Positions 7,113-14,630 of a stretch of 41,465 nt of DNA are shown here, in pieces (position 1 is the stretch's first letter; each line of letters starts with the position of its first letter). Source of the DNA: a virus (lineage: Duplodnaviria; Caudoviricetes). Location: positions 1 through 41,465 of IMG/VR virus record IMGVR_UViG_3300010048_000019; one strand, 5' to 3'. Position numbers and translations under genes: made by a program. The notes beneath the pieces are model-generated. The model made no database searches and was not told the DNA's origin. It worked only from the letters and a program-made list of their open reading frames with translations.

Positions 7113-7658
7113 ATGGTTGATATGACTACGGGTGAAAACGGGCAGATTCTCATTCAGGGCATCAACTTCCGTGTGCCGAAGCCGTTCAAAGACGGTCACG
7201 AGTGCTCTGCCGGTGAGGCCAATGCTCTGAACCAAACCCTCGCTGAGAACCTCCGCAACAACTTCGCGACCACCGTGAAGGAGGCAAAGGATCAGAACGG
7301 CGAGGACTTGGGCGACGATGTGATCGCTCAGCTTCAGGAGGAACTCGATGACTACGCAGCCGAATACGAGTTCGGCGCTGGTCGCGTCGGTGGGCCTCGC
7401 GATCCGGTCCGTTCCGAGGCCATGCGTATGGCGAAGGAGCAGATTCGCGATGCACTGAAGCGCCGTGGTGTCGCGTTGAAGAACGTCGCCGCGGAGGCTA
7501 TCACTGCAGCGGCTGAGAAGCTGCTCGTGAAGAACCCCGAGATCCTCGCCTTGGCGAAGGAGCGGGTCGAGAAGGCGCAGGCGGCTGCGAGCGGCGATCT
7601 GGCCGATCTCGTCGCGGCTATCCCTCAGAAGCCGGAAGGCGAAGAGGCGTCGGCGTAA
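7113..7658 (+). CDS. hypothetical protein, probably highly expressed
   Basis: AGGAG RBS 7 nt before ATG 7113; own promoter; strongly C/G-ending codons; acidic middle and basic Ala-rich C-terminal helices. Confidence 0.8.
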   Translation: MVDMTTGENGQILIQGINFRVPKPFKDGHECSAGEANALNQTLAENLRNNFATTVKEAKDQNGEDLGDDVIAQLQEELDDYAAEYEFGAGRVGGPRDPVRSEAMRMAKEQIRDALKRRGVALKNVAAEAITAAAEKLLVKNPEILALAKERVEKAQAAASGDLADLVAAIPQKPEGEEASA

Positions 7659-7668
7659 GCTTCACTTA

Positions 7669-7694
7669 GGGGGGCGAGCTTCGGCTCGTCCTCC
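7669..7694 (+). terminator. cUUCGg-capped GC-rich hairpin (terminator-like / 3' stabiliser)
   Basis: GGGGGGCGAGC-TTCG-GCTCGTCCTCC directly after the stop; lacks a U-tract. Confidence 0.55.
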
Positions 7695-7712
7695 GCTACC
7701 TGAGAGGAGCAC

Positions 7713-7928
7713 ATGACTGCTCGTAAAGAGACGTACCCTCTGCAAAAGGTTACGCTTAATCTAAGAGAAGGAGACTGGGAATGGCTAAGGCAGATGCACG
7801 GCAACTTGGGAGCGGGCAAGGTGATCCGCGAACTTGTCATGGGGCATCGCGCGAGAACCGAGAACAGAGTAACCACTCCACCGCTACGGATCGAGGGTGT
7901 CCTTGATGTCCTCGAAGTGGGAACCTGA
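7713..7928 (+). CDS. putative ribbon-helix-helix DNA-binding protein
   Basis: KVTLNL beta-strand pattern followed by two short helices (EGDWEWLRQMH / AGKVIRELV); GAGGAG RBS. Confidence 0.55.
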   Translation: MTARKETYPLQKVTLNLREGDWEWLRQMHGNLGAGKVIRELVMGHRARTENRVTTPPLRIEGVLDVLEVGT

Positions 7929-8019
7929 GAACTCAGAGATAGAAGGCATCTTAACCTTGGCAGCGTCGCTAGGAATAGCGATCGCTGTCGTTTTACTTCA
8001 AATGTGGGGCAAGCCATGA
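7906..8019 (+). CDS. small single-TM peptide (37 aa)
   Basis: MSSKWEPENSEIEGILTLAASLGIAIAVVLLQMWGKP*; fills the gap and is ATGA-coupled to the next gene. Confidence 0.45.
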   Translation: MSSKWEPENSEIEGILTLAASLGIAIAVVLLQMWGKP

Positions 8020-8216
8020 GCGACATACAAGCATTATTCCAGAAAGACCCTCTTCAACTCACGCGGGAAGACCTGGCCGAGATCATAGCCTACTATCGCG
8101 ATAAGAGGAACCAGTTTGCGTTGGGCGATAAAAGCGCTGGCGCGACGAAGAAGATGCTCAAGAAAGAGCCAGGCGAAAAGATCGTTAACCTCGACAACAT
8201 CCTGAATGACCTCTGA
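8016..8216 (+). CDS. hypothetical phage protein
   Basis: MSDIQALFQKDPLQLTREDLAEIIAYYR...; part of ORF 8004..8216. Confidence 0.7.
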   Translation: MSDIQALFQKDPLQLTREDLAEIIAYYRDKRNQFALGDKSAGATKKMLKKEPGEKIVNLDNILNDL

Positions 8217-8222
8217 AAGATC

Positions 8223-9158
8223 ATGACTATGGACGCACAAACACCAGCAACACCCTTCATCGAAGGCACAAACGTACAGTTCGCCTGGGACTCCACGTCA
8301 TTAGGTTGGCTCAAAGAATGTCCGCGCAAATACTACTACAGTATGATAGTCGGATGGAGGCCCAAAGCGGAAGCAGTGAACCTGAAGTTTGGTTCACTGT
8401 ACCACGAGGGCCTCGAACACTATGACCAAATGCGGGCAGTCGGGGCGAACCATGAAATCGCCTTGATCGAAACGGTGCGGATGCTCCTGCTCAAGACGTG
8501 GGAAGATGGGAAGCCGTGGGTGTCAGAGCACAACGCTAAGACCCGCGAGACTCTCATTCGATCGGTGATCTGGTATGTTGAACAGTTCAAGGACGACCCT
8601 GCTAAGACAGTCATTCTGGCCAATGGGAAGCCTGCTGTAGAACTATCGTTTAAGCTTGAACTCGATTGGGATGCAGCAGCTGGACAGCCCTATGTCCTCT
8701 GTGGACATTTGGATCGAGTCGTTGACTATTCCAACGGTGTCTACGTCATGGATCGAAAGACGACTAGCTCCACCTTGGCGCCTAACTACTTCGATCAGTA
8801 CGACCCCGACAACCAAATGTCTCTCTACACCCTTGCCTCGAAGATCATTTACCAAACCCCAGTCAAAGGAGTGATTATAGATGCTGCACAGATCGCAGTC
8901 GGTTTTACTCGGTTCAGTCGTGGTTTTACTTATCGCACTGACGCTCAGATTGATGAGTGGTTAGAGGACTCTCGCTACTGGTTCTTCATAGCCACGCAGA
9001 TGGCTGAGCGTGGCAAGTGGCCTCAAAACGACAAAAGCTGCCACAAGTATGGTGGCTGTCACTTCCGGAAGGTCTGCTCGAAGAGTCCGGAGGTCCGCGA
9101 CGTGTTCTTGCACTCTGACTTTGAGAAGCGAGCATGGAACCCGCTAATCCCAAGGTAA
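8223..9158 (+). CDS. PD-(D/E)XK exonuclease, RecB/AddB/Cas4-like
   Basis: S..L...CPRKYYY, FGSLYH, VELSF, GHLDRV...VMDRKT, QMSLY, and C-terminal C-x5-C-x5-C (1+3 Cys Fe-S 'staple' arrangement). Confidence 0.88.
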   Translation: MTMDAQTPATPFIEGTNVQFAWDSTSLGWLKECPRKYYYSMIVGWRPKAEAVNLKFGSLYHEGLEHYDQMRAVGANHEIALIETVRMLLLKTWEDGKPWVSEHNAKTRETLIRSVIWYVEQFKDDPAKTVILANGKPAVELSFKLELDWDAAAGQPYVLCGHLDRVVDYSNGVYVMDRKTTSSTLAPNYFDQYDPDNQMSLYTLASKIIYQTPVKGVIIDAAQIAVGFTRFSRGFTYRTDAQIDEWLEDSRYWFFIATQMAERGKWPQNDKSCHKYGGCHFRKVCSKSPEVRDVFLHSDFEKRAWNPLIPR

Positions 9159-9394
9159 AAATCCCGGCCGTCTACGCGTTCTACGCGCAGGTCGAAACCA
9201 TTCAGGAACGCTTCAAGCACCTGTACAAGTCAGGGTTCGGCGAGACGACTCAGTACGAGAAAGCATCGCTCGGTTGGTTCATGAGTTTGAAAGGATCACA
9301 CGAAGCACTCCGCATAAGCACCGATAAACCTCCCATCAACGCAGGTGATCTCGTGAAGGTCACGATAAAGGTAATACCAAATGCCGACTCTTGA
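9134..9394 (+). CDS. hypothetical beta-rich protein
   Basis: 86-aa ORF filling the gap and overlapping both neighbours. Confidence 0.6.
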   Translation: MEPANPKVKIPAVYAFYAQVETIQERFKHLYKSGFGETTQYEKASLGWFMSLKGSHEALRISTDKPPINAGDLVKVTIKVIPNADS

Positions 9395-10157
9395 GACAGC
9401 ACAACAATCTGCCTTCGTCAAGCTCCTTCTTATCGGAGATTCCGGTACAGGGAAAACGGGCGCCCTCGCGAGCCTTGTCAAAGCCGGTTATCGGTTACGC
9501 GTCTGGGACTTTGACAACAAGCTCGCTGGGGGTATCCTCCCTATCATCCTCAAGCGGGACTGTCCGAACCTGCTTGGGGCGGTTGAGTTTGAGTCCCTTC
9601 GCGATCAGCTAGCACCATCCCCTCTAGGTCCAGTCGTTACGGGTATGCCGAAGGCGTTCACCCGCGGCATTGAACTGATGTCGAAGTGGACAGACGGTAG
9701 CGATCCATCGAAGTGGGGTCAGGAAACCATAATGGTTATGGACAGCTTGACCTTCTTCAGTGATGCAGCGTTCAACTGGGCCAGAGCATTGAACCCTACA
9801 GTGAAGGACCCTAGACAATGGTATCACACAGCTCAGCAAGGAGTGGAGAAAACCCTTGCCTTACTTACTGCGGCCTCTTTCCAGGCTCACGTCATCGTCG
9901 TCAGCCATGTGTCATGGCAGGACAGGCCGGATGGAACAATGAAGGGCTACCCGTCCTCAGTGGGGAAAGCACTAGGCCCGACTATCCCTGCCTATTTCGA
10001 GAACATGGCGCTCTGCCAGACTACGAGCGGCAAGCGCCTTATCCAAACGCTGCCAACAGCACTGGTCGACCTGAAGAACCCAGCAGCATTCAAGATGGCA
10101 GCGTCAATGCCGATTGAGACGGGACTAGCGGACTTCTTTAAAACAGTAAGGAGCTAA
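9381..10157 (+). CDS. AAA_24 / Sak4-like P-loop ATPase (putative recombinase)
   Basis: KLLLIGDSGTGKT, DFD, MVMDSLT (Walker B), VIVVSH; lies between the exonuclease and the SSB-like gene. Confidence 0.8.
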   Translation: MPTLETAQQSAFVKLLLIGDSGTGKTGALASLVKAGYRLRVWDFDNKLAGGILPIILKRDCPNLLGAVEFESLRDQLAPSPLGPVVTGMPKAFTRGIELMSKWTDGSDPSKWGQETIMVMDSLTFFSDAAFNWARALNPTVKDPRQWYHTAQQGVEKTLALLTAASFQAHVIVVSHVSWQDRPDGTMKGYPSSVGKALGPTIPAYFENMALCQTTSGKRLIQTLPTALVDLKNPAAFKMAASMPIETGLADFFKTVRS

Positions 10158-10158
10158 C

Positions 10159-10395
10159 ATGGCACGAGACGAGCATGGTGGAAATGGACCTGGGCTGCTG
10201 AGAGTTCGTGGTAGCTTTAATCCGTCTAATAATAGTGATGTGGACTGGATTAAAGGAAACACAGCTCAGATCATTGACTATTGCGAGAAGTTAAAACTAA
10301 CCGGCGAGCAAGCACGATGCGCAGCACTTGCTCAAACGGCCTACGAAGAAGCTGCGATGTGGGCGGTCAAAGCCGCAACCTACCAACCCAAGTAA
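10159..10395 (+). CDS. Acb2/Tad1-like helical-hairpin protein (candidate anti-defence sponge)
   Basis: FNPS...VDWIK...IID, then RCAALAQTAYEEAAMWAVKAAT, resembling the R-x-x-A-x-A-x-T-x-x-EEA-x-MW helix of the Tad1/Acb2 hairpin family. Confidence 0.6.
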   Translation: MARDEHGGNGPGLLRVRGSFNPSNNSDVDWIKGNTAQIIDYCEKLKLTGEQARCAALAQTAYEEAAMWAVKAATYQPK

Positions 10396-10408
10396 GAGGA
10401 CTAGTAAG

Positions 10409-10852
10409 ATGGCTGATATGTCTTTCGCAGATATTCTCAATCGACCAGCAGATGAAATCGAAGCACCGAAAGCCCTACCTGTAGGAACATACCTGTGCAT
10501 CGTTGACGGTCAACCCGAGTTTGCGAAGATTGGTAAAAACAACACAGACTGTGTGAACTTCAATCTGAAGCCAGTGCAGCCAGGACCGGACGTGGATCAG
10601 AAAGCGTTGCAAGATACGCTGAATGGTCAGTCCCTCAGCGATAAGAAGATCCGGCACAGACTATTCGTTACGCCGGACTCGGCGTGGCGTCTCAAGCAGT
10701 TCCTCAATGAACATCTAGGAGTCCCCGTGACCAACCTCGGCGCGATGATCCCCGAAGCTATGGGCCGACAAGTCATGGTCACTCTAGGCCATCAAGCGTC
10801 AGACGACGGTACTCAAATCTATCAGGTCGTCAAAGCAACAGCCAAGGTGTAA
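10409..10852 (+). CDS. putative single-stranded DNA-binding protein (DUF669-like)
   Basis: LPVGTYLCIV...RLFVTPDSAWRLKQFL...GRQVMVTLGH; typical partner position after a Sak4-like ATPase; start reset to ATG 10409 (GAGG RBS). Confidence 0.65.
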   Translation: MADMSFADILNRPADEIEAPKALPVGTYLCIVDGQPEFAKIGKNNTDCVNFNLKPVQPGPDVDQKALQDTLNGQSLSDKKIRHRLFVTPDSAWRLKQFLNEHLGVPVTNLGAMIPEAMGRQVMVTLGHQASDDGTQIYQVVKATAKV

Positions 10853-10874
10853 CAGTACTAACCACCTTGGTTGG

Positions 10875-10918
10875 CCCCGCCCCTCGTCGCTGTCCCACTA
10901 GCCCTTGGGGCGGGGTTT
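10875..10918 (+). terminator. possible intrinsic terminator with a large loop
   Basis: CCCCGCCCC (10875-10883) pairs with GGGGCGGGG (10907-10915), followed by TTT. Confidence 0.45.
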
Positions 10919-10926
10919 CCCAGATA

Positions 10927-10961
10927 GATACATACGCTAAGATAATCTTATGGTATGTATC
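10927..10961. promoter_or_regulatory. 35-bp AT-rich imperfect palindrome (operator / parS-like candidate)
   Basis: GATACATAC-GC-TAAGA-TAA-TCTTA-TG-GTATGTATC immediately upstream of the ParB-MTase RBS. Confidence 0.6.
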
Positions 10962-10977
10962 AGCCCAGGAGAATGTC

Positions 10978-12246
10978 ATGACGTCTGGTTCCTTCCACAC
11001 TGTACCTCTTGAAAAGATCATAGTCCACCGTGACATTCGTCAGCGCCGGAACATCGACGAGAAGGATCTAGACGTTTTGATGGACTCGATCCATCGTCTT
11101 GGCCTCATAAACCCTATCACAGTCACTCGCGACCTCGAGCTGGTAGCCGGAGAACGCAGGTACATGGCCTGTAAAAAGCTCGGTCACGATACAATCCCTG
11201 TCCAGTACACTGACGAGGTAGAAAGTCTTACCTTGAAGCTCATTGAACTCGAAGAGAATATTAAACGGCTCGACATTAGCTGGGCAGATCAGAATAGAGC
11301 CATCATCGAATACCACAATACTCGCGCCTCGCAAGATAAGACCTGGACCCAGGCAAAGACAGCTGAAGCCATCGGCCTATCTGCACAACACTTATCCAGC
11401 CATTTCATGGTCGCGAGCGAGGCCAAGGTCAATCCAAAAATCTACGAAATCCCACGCCTGTCAACTGCGATCGGTATCGCGGAGCGATCTAACTCCAGAC
11501 GAGATGAGAAGTCGCTTCAGGCCCTGCGCGAAAGTATCAACGTCACTGTCGAGAAGAACCCGCCTTCCATCATCAATGCCGACTTCATGGAATGGGTGAA
11601 GACATATGAAGGACCTAGATTTAATTTTATTCACTGTGACTTCCCATATGGGATCAACGCAGACAACATTAAACAGGGCGGCTCCGTTGCCACTCACGGA
11701 TCTTACGACGATGACGAGGTTTCTTATTGGAAACTCCTCGAGTCCTTTGCCACGAACCTGGACAAGATATGTGCAGAATCGGCTCACATCATGTTCTGGT
11801 TCTCCATGCACCACTACGCAGACACTATTGAGTTCTTCCAATCTAACACCCCCTTCTCCATCGACCCATTTCCACTCGTTTGGCTTAAGTCAGACAATAT
11901 CGGATTGCTACCAGATCCGCATCGTGGACCGAGACGGATCTACGAGACCTGTCTCTTTGGATCGCGAGGCGATCGTAAGATTATTAGTAGTGTCAGTAAT
12001 GCTTACGCAGCTCCTACCGACCGTACCAGCCATATGTCCACGAAGGCCGAGCCAGTACTGCGTCACTTCTTCCGTATGTTCGTTGATCAGAACTCTCTCG
12101 TCCTCGACCCTACGTGTGGTTCGGGAGTATCCCTTCGTGCTGCCGAGTCGCTTGGAGCAGCGCACATACTTGGCGTAGAAATAAACAAGGACTTTACTGA
12201 ACGTGCTAACCTCAATGTAGAAGCAGCGAGGAGAATGAGGCGATGA
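10978..12246 (+). CDS. ParB-N / HTH / amino-DNA-methyltransferase (beta class, N6A or N4C) fusion
   Basis: GLINPITV...LVAGERRYMA (ParB Arg patch), IELEENIKR, HTH WTQAKTAEAIGLS, motif IV variant HCDFPYG before motif I VLDPTCGSG; AGGAG RBS at ATG 10978. Confidence 0.88.
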   Translation: MTSGSFHTVPLEKIIVHRDIRQRRNIDEKDLDVLMDSIHRLGLINPITVTRDLELVAGERRYMACKKLGHDTIPVQYTDEVESLTLKLIELEENIKRLDISWADQNRAIIEYHNTRASQDKTWTQAKTAEAIGLSAQHLSSHFMVASEAKVNPKIYEIPRLSTAIGIAERSNSRRDEKSLQALRESINVTVEKNPPSIINADFMEWVKTYEGPRFNFIHCDFPYGINADNIKQGGSVATHGSYDDDEVSYWKLLESFATNLDKICAESAHIMFWFSMHHYADTIEFFQSNTPFSIDPFPLVWLKSDNIGLLPDPHRGPRRIYETCLFGSRGDRKIISSVSNAYAAPTDRTSHMSTKAEPVLRHFFRMFVDQNSLVLDPTCGSGVSLRAAESLGAAHILGVEINKDFTERANLNVEAARRMRR

Positions 12247-12482
12247 CAGATCCATTCAAACATCAGTTCAAAATGCGAAGGCACTTCGTCTCTATATATC
12301 ATGAAGCCACTGCTGAACACGCTTTCATGCTTCGGTGCGAAGGACTGACTTACAAAGCTATTGGAAGAAGAATAGGTGTTAGTCAGACTATGGTTAAGCT
12401 TAAGATAGGGAAACTAGTTCGCTTAAATAATCTGAACTATCCTTCTAAGAGAATAAGGTTCATCTATGTAAGAGGGGAATGA
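12243..12482 (+). CDS. small HTH protein (sigma70 region 4-like)
   Basis: LRCEGLTYKAIGRRIGVSQTMVK; ATGA-coupled; AT-rich DNA. Confidence 0.6.
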   Translation: MTDPFKHQFKMRRHFVSIYHEATAEHAFMLRCEGLTYKAIGRRIGVSQTMVKLKIGKLVRLNNLNYPSKRIRFIYVRGE

Positions 12483-12483
12483 G

Positions 12484-12864
12484 GTGATGAAGTTCTCGGA
12501 GGATAACAGAAGTGGAATGATACTCCTTAACAGGATAATGGTTAGGGGTGATGTGACTGATGATGAGAAGAAAAAGGTATCAGAGATACAAAGAGACTTG
12601 CTTCGTAGACCAGAGACTTACAAACTCAATACTGATAGTCACTTCTTTATTAAACACTTGTGGTGGCGTGGAGAGCGTAAGCCAGGTGGTAGACGTGTTA
12701 TAAAGGTTGAGGTATATTACGGTGCATACGAGACATCAGTGGGATGTATTGACTGTCATAAGATAGTCTGGGTCCGCGGATCGACAGTGCGATCCGCTAG
12801 ACGTGGCTGCATCATGCTCCGCGATCAGTGCCCTTGGAAAGAGAACAACTACTATGCTCTGTAA
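12484..12864 (+). CDS. basic hypothetical protein with CxxC...C...C
   Basis: 126-aa ORF in an AT-rich segment; CIDC plus two further Cys. Confidence 0.55.
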   Translation: MMKFSEDNRSGMILLNRIMVRGDVTDDEKKKVSEIQRDLLRRPETYKLNTDSHFFIKHLWWRGERKPGGRRVIKVEVYYGAYETSVGCIDCHKIVWVRGSTVRSARRGCIMLRDQCPWKENNYYAL

Positions 12865-13879
12865 GATCATGATCGTCGGCGAGGCCTGGGGCGAGCAGGA
12901 AGAGCGGATGCAATCCCCGTTCGTAGGGCCTACCGGCTACGAGCTATGGCGGATGCTTAGTGAGGCAAACATAAAAAGGAGTGAGTGCTATGTCACAAAC
13001 GTCTTCAACCTCAGACCTAAACCTACGAACGATATCGAAAACCTGTGTTGTAGTCCAAAGCCCACGATTACAGGTAGTCTGCCCGCACTATCCAGGGGGA
13101 AATACCTTCGTCCAGAGTTTCTACCCCAGGTACAGCGTCTATACAGTGATGTGCAAAGAGTGCGGCCAAACATTATTATCGCATTGGGTAACACAGCATG
13201 TTGGGCACTCCTGCTTACTACAGGAATTAGTAAGCTTCGGGGAGCTATCACAGTTACCGCGGCGCCGGAAGCAAACGGCACGAAAATACTCCCAACCTAT
13301 CACCCATCTGCCGTCTGCCGGGAGTGGTCCCTCCGCCCCGTCACAGTCCTCGACTTCTGCAAAGCCCGTCGCGAGTCCGAGTATCCCGAGATTCGACGAC
13401 CCGAGCGAACCGTCTACATAGAGCCTTCGCTCAGCGACATGGAGTGGTTTTATGACAGACATCTCGTTCACTGTGAGAGTATCAGCTTCGATATTGAAAC
13501 AGCAGGGGACCAAATCACTTGCATCGGCTTCGCTCCAAACCCAGAGACGGCACTCGTCATTCCTTTCTGTGACCCTCGCAAACCAGGTGGTAGCTATTGG
13601 GACAATCCTCAAGAAGAGGAAGAAGCGTGGCGATTTGTTCGACGAGTACTTGCTATGCCTCAGCCTAAATCCGGACAGAACGGACTGTATGACATCACCT
13701 TCCTCTGGCGAGGGTACGGCATAACAGTCACGAACTACGACGAAGATACTATGCTCCTTCATCATGCACTCCAACCGGAGTCGCCGAAGGGGCTGGGCTT
13801 CCTGGGCAGCGTTTATACCAATGAGGCTAGCTGGAAGCTAATGCGGAAGGGTAAGGAAACGATTAAGAGGGAGGACTAA
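12854..13879 (+). CDS. uracil-DNA glycosylase (family 4-like) fused to the N-terminal part of a PolA 3'-5' exonuclease
   Basis: IMIVGEAWG, PFVGPTG, YVTNV, IIALGNTA, PTYHPS (UDG); then SFDIET (ExoI), QNGLYDITFL (ExoII), DTMLLHH...KGLGFL. No ExoIII before the stop. Confidence 0.88.
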   Translation: MLCKIMIVGEAWGEQEERMQSPFVGPTGYELWRMLSEANIKRSECYVTNVFNLRPKPTNDIENLCCSPKPTITGSLPALSRGKYLRPEFLPQVQRLYSDVQRVRPNIIIALGNTACWALLLTTGISKLRGAITVTAAPEANGTKILPTYHPSAVCREWSLRPVTVLDFCKARRESEYPEIRRPERTVYIEPSLSDMEWFYDRHLVHCESISFDIETAGDQITCIGFAPNPETALVIPFCDPRKPGGSYWDNPQEEEEAWRFVRRVLAMPQPKSGQNGLYDITFLWRGYGITVTNYDEDTMLLHHALQPESPKGLGFLGSVYTNEASWKLMRKGKETIKRED

Positions 13880-13880
13880 C

Positions 13881-14081
13881 ATGAGTGATGTACGAACACC
13901 AGTGGCTGGCAACACATGCGCCAGCTGTTTCTTCTATCAAGTTATCGGCTCCACCACCACAGGCTATTGCTTTCTCAACCCTCCAATATGGCGTCCAGCT
14001 GTTCCACACGATGACCCAACTGCATGGTGTCGTCCAATCGTTAGTAGCAGCGACATCTGTACTGGCTACCTAGCTGCATGA
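13881..14081 (+). CDS. small Cys-rich putative metal/Fe-S protein
   Basis: CASC...GYCFLNPP...PIV...DIC pattern; GGAGG RBS. Confidence 0.65.
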   Translation: MSDVRTPVAGNTCASCFFYQVIGSTTTGYCFLNPPIWRPAVPHDDPTAWCRPIVSSSDICTGYLAA

Positions 14082-14138
14082 GAGTCCGCGCCTTCTTCTG
14101 CACAAGAGAACTGCTCTGTGGAAGCAGGGACTACTAAA

Positions 14139-14630
14139 ATGAGAGTTATAGTTGAATCTCCATTCGCTGGGAGCTTTCAGAATGTCAGGTACAGTCGTGA
14201 ATGCATTCGAGATTCTCTTGATCGAGGAGAATCGCCGTTTGCATCACACCTTCTCTATACACAGAAAGGAATACTTGACGATAAGATCCCTGTGGAGCGG
14301 ATGCGAGGTATTAACGCTGCGGCGGGCTGGCTCCAAGTTGCAGATTTCGTCGCAGTATACATGGACCTTGGGATCACATCTGGCATGGTCTGGGGGATCG
14401 TTCGAGCTGCCCGTCTGGGAAAGGAAGTCCATCTAAGATGGCTGCGGCCCGATCGACGTGAGCAAGTAATAAGGATCGAGGACGATGCAATCAATAAAGA
14501 CTCACGAGCTAACAGCTCTGACAATGCCGCAGTCCGAGACCGTGAAATTATGGCTCTACAACGGTTTGGATTGCTGCGTGACAACAGAGGTTTTGAATGT
14601 ACTGAAACCTCAACTGACCGAAACGACTAG
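14139..14630 (+). CDS. nucleoside 2-deoxyribosyltransferase-like (DUF4406-like) fold protein
   Basis: VIVESPFAG...RGESPFASHLLY...WLQVADFVAVYMDLGITSGMVWGIVRA; its 3' end overlaps the polymerase start by 146 nt. Confidence 0.65.
   Translation: MRVIVESPFAGSFQNVRYSRECIRDSLDRGESPFASHLLYTQKGILDDKIPVERMRGINAAAGWLQVADFVAVYMDLGITSGMVWGIVRAARLGKEVHLRWLRPDRREQVIRIEDDAINKDSRANSSDNAAVRDREIMALQRFGLLRDNRGFECTETSTDRND

Noticed and set aside
6547-7113. 188-aa minus-strand ORF, and 13139..13774 (-)
   Set aside because: They are antisense to well-supported + strand genes and promoter P3, with no recognisable motifs.
8223-9158. CRISPR-Cas (Cas4-like nuclease)
   Set aside because: No repeat-spacer array or other cas genes seen; the context is a phage recombination module.
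13880-14484. Group I intron or intein interrupting the polymerase
   Set aside because: The interval is filled by two ordinary ORFs with no homing endonuclease or intein motifs, and the downstream half has its own RBS and ATG. Only RT-PCR would exclude splicing fully.
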